DNA of 64,000 bases from Macrostomum lignano (lineage: Eukaryota): the NCBI GenBank assembly GCA_002269645.1, contig NIVC01000846.1:1-64000 (forward strand), given 5' to 3'. Both the position numbers and the translations under genes were made by a program. The notes below the pieces were generated by a model. The model was not told where the DNA came from and did no database searches. It saw only the letters and a program-made list of their open reading frames with translations. Of the stretch, positions 1 to 18,400 are shown one piece after another; the first letter of the stretch is position 1; each line of letters begins with the position of its first letter.

Positions 1-305
1 AGATAACGGAAGGGAGATAACGGGGGAGAGGGAGATAACTGAGAGGGGAGAGGGAGATAGTAGAGAAGGAGAGAGGGAGATAGCGGAAAGGAGAGAGGGA
101 GCTAGGCGGAAGGGAGAAAGAGGAGATGACGGAGGGAGAGGGGAGATAGCGGAGGGAGAGAGGGAGATAGCGGGAGGGAGAGAGGGAGATAGCGAGAGGG
201 AGAGAGGGAGATAGTGGGAGGAGAGAGGGAGATAGCGGGAGGAGAGAGGGAGATAGCGGAAAGGAGAGAGGAGATAGCGGGAGGGAGAGAGGGAGATAGC
301 GAGAG
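1..305. repeat. GA-rich minisatellite (GGGAGATAGCGGAGGGAGAGA-like)
   Basis: Direct reading. Confidence 0.85.
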
Positions 306-919
306 GGATCTAAGCATCGGCTCTGCTTTTGTCCTTTTTATTCCTTTCTCCAACACACGGGGCATTTAGTACATGCATGAGATGGGATTTTCCCCAAGTG
401 TGGAGGAGGATTCAAACGGGGCATCAAGTAAAGAATTGAAAATTAGTCAAGCCAGTTTTGGCGTGGCCTTCGACTGTTTGCTCTGTCCACGCGAGTCTCG
501 TCTCAAAGGCTGCGCCGGGCAAACACGGCCCAGCAACAGCCAGCAGTTCAGCCCAGCTTAGGACAATCGAGTGTGGAACAATAGCGGAGGTGCAGCTTTC
601 TCTTGAGCAGATGCTCAGCCCGCCAAGAAAGCGATCTACTCTACGTTGTAACCCGAAACGAAAAATTTCTCTCAATACTTTTGGCATGGTTCCTCCTCGC
701 ATCTCTGATTTCATTAATACGCCTACGACTGCATCTCTATATTTGCTAGCATTTATTACTGCTAGCCTGATCACATGCTCCAATTCAAAGCGAGACTCAG
801 TACGGATTACAATCTTCCCTGCGTGACAAACGCTAATCCACTGTCATTCCTAGCTTGACCTCGCTTCATCCCAGCTTCGTCAGTTTGCCTAAATTTCATG
901 CTGTTATAACATTCTCACC

Positions 920-1560
920 CTGCCTCACCCGAATCTCACCTTGTCTCACCTGAATCTCACATTGTCTCACCCGAATCTCACGCTGTCTCACCCGAATCTC
1001 AACCTGTCTCACCCGAGTCTCACCTTGTCTCACCTAAATCTCACATTGTCTCACCTGAATCCCACCTTGTCTCACCTGAATCTCACCCTGTCTCAATCGA
1101 AATCTCACCTTGTTGCATCCGAATCTCACCCTGTCTCACCCAAATCTCACCCTGTCGCATCCGAATCTCACCATGTCTCACCCGAATCTCACCCTGTCAC
1201 ATCCGAATCTCACCCTGTCTCACTCGAATCTTACCTTGTCTCACCCGTACCTCACCCTTTCTCACCCTTTCTCACCTTTTCTCACCCAAATCTCACCCGA
1301 ATCTCACCCTGTCTCATCCGATTCTCACCCTGTCTTAAAGTAATCACACCTTGTCTCACCTTAAACTTTCCCTGGCTCAATGGAATCAATTGAATGTCAC
1401 CCTAATCTCTCCCCGTCGCATCCGATTCTTACCCCTCTGTTCTCCTCATCTGAACGTATTCTCACTCTGTCTCATCCGATTCTCACTCTGTCCCATTCAA
1501 ATCTCACCTCAATCTCATCCTCCCCTGTCTGGTCCATCCTACGCTTTCGCATTAATTCTC
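920..1560. repeat. 21-bp minisatellite (TCTCACCCTGTCTCACCCGAA), degenerate
   Basis: Direct reading; 7-aa periodic ORF (LSHPNLT). Confidence 0.85.
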
Positions 1561-2044
1561 ACCTTTCATGGAGTTCACTCTCAAGCAACCGATGCAAATA
1601 GCCTGCTTCATCATATGCAATAGTTCTACTATTCCTACGCTCGTACCTACTAAAAAAGATCACGAAAATCCGTTTATCCAGATCAGCGCTTAGAGTTGAT
1701 GGACACACTGAGCTCATGATCCGGATTGGCTATTAGTCAGGCGACGGGAAACTGTTCCTGGGGAAGCGATAAGGGATCTGAGATTTTTTTCTGGCAATCG
1801 TGAGGCTGCATAAATAGGAGAATTTCATATTTACAGAGCATTGGTGGCCAGGCAAAGCTGACTGAGTGACTTGGTCCGACTGGGGTTTAACACTTCTCTG
1901 TTTGATGCGCCATCGGAACTGATTGATTCTCTGCAACCCCCACAGTCTGAGCTAACAGCCTCAGTGGCTGCTTCTTTATATCCCATATTTTATAGCTCAT
2001 ATTTTATATCATCTCATATTCATCTCAATTTCACGTCTCCCCAC

Positions 2045-2314
2045 TCCGCATTACACCCAATCCCACTCTGCAGTGTACACCCCTCCCACTCTGCAGTGTA
2101 CACCCATCCCACTCTGCAGTGTACACCCATCCCACTCTGCAGTGTACACCCATCCCACTCTGCAGTGTACACCCATCTGCAGTGTACACCCCATCTGCAG
2201 TGTACACCCCATCTGCAGTGTACACCCCATCTGCAGTGTACACCCCATCTGCAGTGTACACCCCATCTGCAGTGTACACCCCATCTGCAGTGTACACCCC
2301 ATCCCACTCCGCAG
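2045..2314. repeat. 18/24-bp minisatellite (CTGCAGTGTACACCCCAT) abutting the synaptotagmin acceptor
   Basis: Direct reading. Confidence 0.9.
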
Positions 2315-9475
<7,161 letters not shown>

Positions 9476-9717
9476 CTAAATTCTAACCAAATCTTGATGG
9501 TTAAACGCTTTACCGCTTCAGATTAGATGTATTGTGCAGTGATATCTTATACTCTATTTAAAAGTTCTACAACAGGTAGAATTTGATTGGCAGAAGCTGT
9601 TTAAGCTTTGAAACGAATAGGTGCCACTCGTGCCACGATAAAAGTTTGACGAAGGATGGCTACATAATTTAGAGAAGTCGCAATCACAAAGTGACTGGCA
9701 AGACTTTTCGAGCTTGT

Positions 9718-9895
9718 CAGTGGCGGCGCAGGGGGGGCGGGGGGCTGTAGCCCCCGGGTGACCACCCCTTTAACGAAAAATTCTTAAAGTATGCGCAAGG
9801 CCACGAGAATTTTTTTTCTCGTAGGGGTAGGGGGCAGGGGGGGGTGACCACCCAACCACCGCCCCCCCCCCACTGGAAGTGCTGTGCCGCCACTG
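9718..9895. mobile_element. 178-bp hAT-family MITE
   Basis: TIR CAGTGGCGGC(G/A)CAG at both ends and a perfect 8-bp TSD GAGCTTGT (9710-9717, 9896-9903). An 8-bp TSD with CA termini is characteristic of hAT. Confidence 0.88.
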
Positions 9896-11169
9896 GAGCT
9901 TGTGAAACGCCCCTGCAAAACCTGCAGGTTTTTAATGTTGCTTACTTGTCTGTTTATTTGTTCAGGCGTAAAACATTTTGCTTTCAAAAAACCTGAAAAA
10001 CAGGGCCCACTTAATTGCTGTCTGTTTGCTTCACTTCCCTTCCTTACCATGGCAATTTGGGGGTGGGTGGGCTATCGGTATCCAACCCCACAATTCCTAC
10101 CCCCGTAGGACACCCACCTCACGCCCAAACACCACCCCCCCCCATTTTTAGCTTAGTCGTTTTGTCTCTGATAGCGGCGCGATAAGAAGGGGACATAATA
10201 GCATCGTTTGATATTGATTTAGTCTCGTAATCTGTCTGTCTTCATAATTAATTAGCTCGTGCTTTGATCAATTTAGTGTTAAAAGTACAAATTATCAGTG
10301 TTCAGCCACAGATACTAAAACAACTAGATGGCAACTTACATGCATATGCATAGGAAAACAGCTTTCTACTTCCAGTTCAGTGGCAAAGAAAAATACATTA
10401 GCTATTTTATAAAAACAAAGCCAACTGGATGACTTTGATAAGTTTACAAGCCCAGCTTTGTAACCAAACCAAAGCAACTTGCTATTGGTTCAAGAATAAT
10501 GTACATTAGCCAGCACCACTGGAATGTACATTGCAGCTATAGGCTGGAACACTGAAGAAGGCAATAAAAGTTAGGCGGCGGGCGGGGGCAGAGGTTTTGT
10601 GTGCAAAGACGCTGTTGGAGGGTTAGTAGAGGATAAGAGGGTAAAGAGCCAATAAATGAGCCTTATGTCATAAAATACATTAAAATGTTTCTGTTTAACA
10701 TACTACTGAACAGAAAGTAGCTTACACGCAAATGCGCTGGGTGGCTCATCTAGTAGTTATTCTAGTATCTGTACTTAACTTACTATTCCGCGAGTCATCA
10801 TATTAGTTATAAACAATTATTTATTTACATATTTATGCGCCCATTTGCACGAAATCGTCGATAGACTGATATAATTTTATTATAACCGTATAAACAAGAT
10901 ATGTTTCCCGGCTAAATCTGTGTATGCTCGTATTCCTTAATATAATCTAAGTCTGACTAGTCTTGTCTCCGTTATAACAATTGCTTGCTTGTCTGTAACT
11001 TGCGATGCACAAAACATGTTAATCGTTTGAGCTATCGAACGTAATTTGAAATCATATTTTATGTAATAATTAAACAGAATCGTCTTTGAAATTTCAAATA
11101 ATTGAAGTGCCAGGTCGTCTGCTGCACTTGCAGATTGTGGGCTTGGATTCAGTTAACGAGAGAGGTGAG

Positions 11170-12165
11170 TAGGTGGAATGCAATGATGGGATGAGGGGTG
11201 GGATGCAATGATGAGATGAGGGGTGGGATGCAATGATGAGATGAGGGGTGGGATGCAATGATGAGATGAGGGGTGGGATGCAATGATGAGATGAGGGGTG
11301 GGATGCAATGATGAGATGAGGGGTGGGATGCAATGATGAGATGAGGGGTGGGATGCAATGATGAGATGAGGGGTGGGATGCAATGATGAGATGAGGGGTG
11401 GGATGCAATGATGAGATGAGGGGTGGGATGCAATGATGGGATGAGGGGTGGGATGCAATGATGAGATGTTGGTTGGGATGCAAGGTGGGATGTGTGGTAT
11501 GCAAGGATGGGATGTTGGTTGGGATGCAAGGATGGGATGTTGGTTGGGATGCAAGGTGGGATGTGTGGTATGCAAGGATGGGATGTTGGTTGGGATGCAA
11601 GGATGGGATGTTGGTTGGGATGCAAGGATGGGATGTTGGTTGGGATGCAAGGATGGGATGTTGGTTGGGATGCAAGGATGAGATGTTGGTTGGGATGCAA
11701 GGATGGGATGAGGGGTGGGATGCAATGATGAGATGTTGGTTGGGATGCAAGGTGGGATGTGTGGTATGCAAGGATGGGATGTTGGTTGGGATGCAAGGAT
11801 GGGATGTTGGTTGGGATGCAAGGATGGGATGTTGGTTGGGATGCAAGGATGGGATGTTGGTTGGGATGCAAGGATGAGATGTTGGTTGGGATGCAAGGAT
11901 GGGATGTTGGGTGGGATGCAAGGATGGGATGTTGGGTGGGATGCAAGGATGGGATGTTGGGTGGGATGCAAGGATGGGATGTTGGGTGGGATGCAAGGAT
12001 GGGATGAGGGTGGGATGCAAGGATGGGATGTGTGGTGGGATGCAAGGATGGGATGAGTGGTATGCAAGGATGGGATGAGGGTGGGATGCAAGGATGGGAT
12101 GAGGATGGGATGCAAGGATGGGATGTGGGGTATGCAAGGATGGGATGTGTGGTATGCAATGATGG
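11170..12165. repeat. GGGATGCAA-based composite minisatellite
   Basis: Direct reading. Confidence 0.9.
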
Positions 12166-12400
12166 GGGTTAGAGGGCAATTTAAATTAACTTCAGTGATC
12201 TTTAGAAGAGGAAGAAAAGTCAAACCAGCATCACGTGACCACTTTACGAAAGTGCATGCGTAAACACGTGTATTTATTTACATAGCTTTGCCAAACTGCC
12301 GCAAGAGAAGGACAAATAGCAATATAGAATCAATAATAACTAAATCCTTGCAACAGTTACAGCGCATTCAACTGACATTTTTGCCAGTTGCGGTCCAGGC

Positions 12401-15400
12401 TCACACGAAGCTGCTGGTCAGGTAGGGACTGCCATAGACATAGCCGCCGCTGCTGCCCAGAGTCCGATGCTGCAGCTGGTGCGCCTGCGGCGGATGCATT
12501 GCAGCCAGCGACATGGACGTCGACATTGTCGGAGCGGCCGCCGCGTTTGCTGCCGGCGTCGCTGACGCAGCTGTCGGTTCGGCTGACGTGGTCGTCATTG
12601 TCGGCACCGTCGTTGATTTTGTCGTCCCTCGACGCTGCGCCGGCTCGGTGGACGGCGGCCGGGCCAGCGATTTGTAGCCGCCTTTGGCGTCGACGCTCCA
12701 ACTGGCGTTGAGCGGCGTCGCCCCCGCCGCCGGCGCGCAGGTGCCGGTGAGCACCTGGTAGTCTCCCGCGGCCGGCTGCCGACTGCGCTGGCGACCCGCC
12801 CGCTGCACGGTGCCACCGCAGTCGGCCAGTGTCTGGCAGCGCGCGTCTGCGAGATTTAGGGGCCAAGGGGTTGGGTTTGGGCAGAGCATGATAATAAGGG
12901 CTCACTAGCTGGCCTGCAGGGCCTTACGACTTAGGAGTTTCAAAAGTAGCTCAAAGTTGGCCACAGCTTCTGAAGCTGAGCGAGAGTCTGGTGTCGTGGA
13001 AAGTTCTGGTTGGAAAACCCTTTTTCCCTCTCTCCATCTTTCCATCTCTCCATCTGTCCCTCTTTCCCATCCATCTCTTCCTTTCTCCCCCTTTCTCCCT
13101 CTCTCTTTCTCTGTCTTTCTATCTCTCCCTTACTCCCCCTTTGTTCCTTTCTCTCCCTCTCCCACTCTCCCTCTTCTCTCTCCCTCTTTCTCCCTCTCGC
13201 TTTGTCCCTTTCTCTCCCTCTCTCCCTCTCTCCCTCCCTCTCTCTCCCTCTCTCTCTCTCTCACTCTCTCCCTCTCACCCTTTTCCCTCTCTCCATCTTT
13301 CCATCTCTCCATCTGTCCCTCTTTCCATCCATATCTTCCTTTCTCTTCCTTTCTCTCCCTCTCTCCCTCTCCCTCTCTCCATCTCTTCCTTTCTCTTCCT
13401 TTATTCCCCTCTCTCCCCTTTTCTTCCTCTTTCATCTAGATCATAAAGCCATCATACTTCTGGATAGCCAAGTGGATCAAACAACAGGGACCGCTGATCC
13501 GTGGGCACGACACACACAGGGGCGTAGTGTACCATCAGTCCTAACTTGTATCGTCAGGTAGTGTATACACGTTCTGTTGCTTTGAGCTGACCCTCACGGG
13601 CGGTATTAGCACAAGATATGGGTCAAACCCGGATGTGGAATCGAACCCGGATGTGGAATCGAACCCGGATGTGGAATCGAACCCGGATGTGGAATCGAAC
13701 CCGGATGTGGAATCGAACCCGGATGTGGAATCGAACCCGGATGTGGAATCGAACCCGGATGTGGAATCGAACCCGGATGTGGAATCGAACCCGGGTGTGG
13801 AATCGAACCCGGATGTGGAATCGAACCCGGATGTGGAATCGAACCCGGATGTGGAATCGAACCCGGATGTGGAATCGAACCCGGAGGAGTTTTGGCGGCA
13901 CTTCAACCATTCATCAATGGCGCATGTTATTCCAATTCCAATGCTCACCAAACGCAGCCAGTCGAGCAATAGTGTCCCGGTCTGCAGTGTAGTGAGACTC
14001 CTGAACTGCTGCAGTTGCCTGTTGAACAAAAATTTAGTATTGGGTACTCTGCACAGCTGTCAATCAAACGAACGATCATCTTCGTGGGTGACTGCCCGCT
14101 CTGTTCCCTACTTAAAACAGCTTTCTTTAGGAATTCATTATTAAACCGTCTTCCCAAGAACAAACTTCCCTAATGTTAGCAGATTTCATTCTAGTTCGAG
14201 GGGGGGTGATTGTTTACTTAGAAAGCACTACTACAATTTGTGAGTAGTGGAGAATTGACTGACTGCAATAGCTAGAAAATTATATCCGTTAAACCATCTG
14301 TATTACTTTTCATAAGTAGTTATTGACTGATGCAATACGCTCGTATATATAATTGACATTTAATCAACTTTGCCTGTTCGCCTTGCCTATGTCCCTAGTG
14401 TTAAGCTCGCGGAGATTATTGGTAGCGTTAACTCCGCTACCATAGACAAACTTAAAATTGATAGTAAAAAAAGAACACGTATATTTATTGAACGTTAAAA
14501 CGGTAAACAAGCGTTTAGTCAGTTATCGTTGTTTTAGTTCGTTAGTCTACAACTTTTTATTGCTATCACTATTGCATCTTGTTTGTCGGGGAACTGAAAT
14601 TGATCGTGGTTGGCCCGTAGAAGTTTAGTACAGGGCGGACCATTGTTGACTTAGAGCCAAAGCCTGCGGTCCGGAAATATTGGAGTTGCCGTTGGCAATT
14701 GCTGTTTCAACCTCACTCACGCCGCTCGTTTTGGCTGCGGCAGTGGGCTCTCCATATAGTACTGCCGACATGTTCTTCTCTGACTTACGGACGTCGATGT
14801 AGGACCTGTCAGCCTTTTCGGTAATCCTTCCAGTCTTCTGGCTTGCTATTTCCTTACTGATGCCGCCTTCCACCAACCTAGTCTTGCAGGTCCGACGCAG
14901 ACTACTGTTCGTGATAGGTCCGGTCGTACTGCCGGCTTCAATCTGCTTGCCAGAGAACAGATTCTTCACGACGTTTTCAATCGTATGCACACCCATTGGT
15001 TGACTACGATACCATATATCAGATGTCGGCGCCTTGATCGGTGTCAGATAGAACGCAGAGTGACCATTGAGTCCGAATTGCTCCGGCCGGTGACGAACGT
15101 AGGTCTTATACATCGTGATGACACATTTGTCTGGGTCGCCATTCGAATAGATCCTGGTTGTTTTCGGCTCAACGTGTGCCTTGTGCAAACCAACTCTCCC
15201 GTTCTTCGACATTCGCTCGGTGTACACCAGACATTCAGTGTCATTTTCCTTGACGAGCACAAGCTGCGATCGCTCACCGAATTCTAACGCGCGATGTTCA
15301 GCACTCGCTCTGAGCGATAGGTGCAGACCTAAGTGGTACAGCAGGGTATTCACCAGCTGCGTCGGATTAGACATTCCGAAACGTCCCTCTGCCCAGAGTT

Positions 15401-18400
15401 GCACTTCTTCGTCTAGGCCGATTACCCTCGCTCGCTTTGGTGTAAGATGAAAACCTGATTTGGCACTCAATTTCATGGCGGCGTCGATGCACTGCCTGGT
15501 TAGGACGAACTCGTTGTCCTTGAAGATGGACCAATCATGCAGAAACTTTGTTTATAGGTGGAACTGGATACTGGCGACAAAACCTTTGATCGTGGCAGGC
15601 GGGTACATATCTCCGTTGTCCTTGCGCAGTTCAAGCAGAAAGCACTGCAGCACGTAGTCCCATTCCTTCTTGCTCCACTCGAACATATCCTTCACAACTT
15701 TCAACTGACCAGTTTGGCGCACTCGCCAGTCAGTATACCAAGCGCACAGTTTATTCCAATTGCTACGAACCTAATTGTGGCCGTTGTTTTTGGAATTCGC
15801 GAGTCTCTAAATTCGGCAAGCGTTGGTGCTAGTGCTTTGCACTGTAGACGCTTCTTCATTGGTAATCGTTCGCATCACTTCCATTACATCGTCAGCGGTT
15901 AGCTCCTCCATTTTGGTAAAATTTGTGGCTTGTTTATTTCACAGCTTGCTTCTCTCTTCCTAAACCATCAGTCCTCTTTGATTTAGACTTAGTATTTTAC
16001 CATAGACAATACAGGGAGCGGAGATTTAAATCTCCGCCGGAGATTAACTCGTGCTAAATATAGATTGCCTCGAGGCTTACAGGCTGTTGATTAAGTAAAT
16101 AATAAACGCCGTTTAATTCACATTCTGTGGTTAGAATGTCTGAGGCTGCGTTTAATGGTCTCGAGGCGAGCGTAGCGAGCCGAGGACCATTGATTGCAGC
16201 CGAGGATATTCTAACCATAGACTATGATGAATTAAACGGCGTTTATCATATATTAAATTCGATTGCTCCTGATTTCGAGGAGATTATATGATATAATATC
16301 CTAGTTTTTGTTAAAAATTACCACAGACAACACATTCCCGGCTCAGAATAGTACAATTTTTTAACGATTAAATAAGCAATCGTATTTTATGTATCAGATT
16401 AAACATGCCTTTTGAGGGAGTTATTGAAAATAACTCCCGAAAAAGGCATGTGTAATCTCGTATAAACCATAGACATAAAGACTTTACGGGATATTTTTGA
16501 ATATTACCAAATAAAATCCCGGAGAACGCAAATATTGTCACAGAAAGTCTTAGAGTCTTGGACTGTTTAGAGTGGAGTGGGGTGGGTGTGGCAGGGTGAG
16601 TGGGTGAGTGTGGCAGGGGTAGGGGTATAGGAATGTAGTGATGTACATGCTTGGCCACAGACTGTTTAGAGTGGAGTGGGGTGGGTGTGGCAGGGGTAGG
16701 GGTTTCGGAATGTAATGATGTACATGCTTGGCCACAGACTATTAGCGGATGAGGGCAAAGTGAGGTGTGGGTATGTGGGAACGTTTACGGCTGACAAAAC
16801 AGCATACCGTTAGGAGTAAAGTGTGCCAACTCACCTCGTTCGCAGACTTAATCGGCATCGGATGCGAGATGAGGCTATCACCAGCCGCCAGTCCGCAGGT
16901 ACCGCCGCTGCCGCCGCGCAACCAGCCTGCAGCTGTCGAACGTCGCAGTCGTTTGCCGCTGCCGCTCCCGTTGCCAAGGGAGACTCTGGATAGCCAGGCT
17001 GAAAGTGCAATAAAAATCAGATTAGAATTTGCAGAATGCTACTCTGAGTAGGAAAGCGATAAAAAAATTCGCTTATTGGTGCTCTGCCAAGGGGCCGTGT
17101 ACAGCTGGCACAGGGAGGGGGTCACATGTCATCACGGCAGGTTGAATAGCTTAATTTTCCACTTGCTCATGGTGGCTGCCTCGAGGGGCTATGAAAGCCA
17201 CATTTGCATCTGTGTCTCTATCTGGAGTGCCTATGTACATATACATAAATATATGACAGACTTGACAGCCTACCAGAGCTTCTACTGCCAGTCCCGTCCA
17301 AGCCGCGAAGGTCGTCAGCGACCATCGTCCCAGCAGCAGCCGCCGACGAGCGACGGGGCGACTTGCGCAGCTGCAAGTAGTAGCAGAAATAGCCAGCCAG
17401 AGTCACCGCGCACAGCAGCACCAGGAAGGACACGGCCACGCACACGGTCACCACGATCAAGTCGCGAGCTCCACCGTCTCCAACAGGGCCGCCGCCGTCA
17501 CCGTCGGGTATCCCCGACAGCAGCGAGGTGCCGCGCGGCCTGGTGTCGGTGAAGTTGATGAGAAGACGCGCCGACGAGCGTAGAGACGGCTGGCCCCTGT
17601 CGAGGGCCTCAACGCTCAGGGCGCAGAGGCCGGACGAGTGCGGCGGCGGGCGCACCAGCAGCAGACGGCCGGTGTCCGACTCCAGGCTGAACTGGCCGGG
17701 AGGGCAGCCGCCGCCGCCGCCAGCTGCTGAGACGATGCGAAACTCAATGCTGCCATTTTCGCCATCGTCGGGATCGACCGCGGACAGTCGAGCAACGCCG
17801 GCGCCGGGACGTTCGCGTGCGCTGACGTTCACGACGGCCTCGAGAGCGTCAGCGGCGGCTGGCGGGAATACGAAGCTTGGCGCGTTGTCGTTGACATCTT
17901 CGACGTCGATTTCAACGACTGTCTGGGCGGCCATAGGGGGTCGGCCATGGTCGCGGGCCACCACTCGGAAGCGGTGGCGGCTGCGGCGCTCCCGGTCGAG
18001 TTCGCCGAGCAGCAGCAGCTCGCCGGCGCCGGTGACGCGAAAGGCGGCCGCTCCCGCCGACTCTTCCGAAGTCGTCGCCGGCAGCAGGGCGAAGGACAGA
18101 CGGCCGTTCTCACCTGCGTCCGCGTCAGTTGCAACGATCTGGCCGACAGCGAAGCCCGGCCGTGCGGCTTCGGATACGCTGAAGCGCCGGACACCGTCGG
18201 GCGCGCCCGGCTGCTGCGGGAACACCGGCACGCAGTCATTGACGTCGTCGACATCGATGCGAACAGTGGCGACCGCGGTGAGCTCCGGTTTGGCCGCGTC
18301 GGTGGCCAGCAGATGGCAGCGGAGGCTGGCGTTCTGCTCCCGATCCAGCGGCGCCAAGGTGTACAGGCTGCCATTTCTCAGGCCGACGCCGATGAGGCTG

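Noticed and set aside
458-826. ORF as the missing synaptotagmin N-terminal/TM exon
   Set aside because: No convincing 20-residue hydrophobic helix with a suitable downstream donor; cannot be linked to the C2A exon.
12957-13561. Leu/Ser/Pro-rich or Glu/Arg/Gly-rich ORFs here and at 23035-24246, 24750-25417, 36964-38326 and 55768-56264
   Set aside because: Translations of CT/GA-rich low-complexity DNA.
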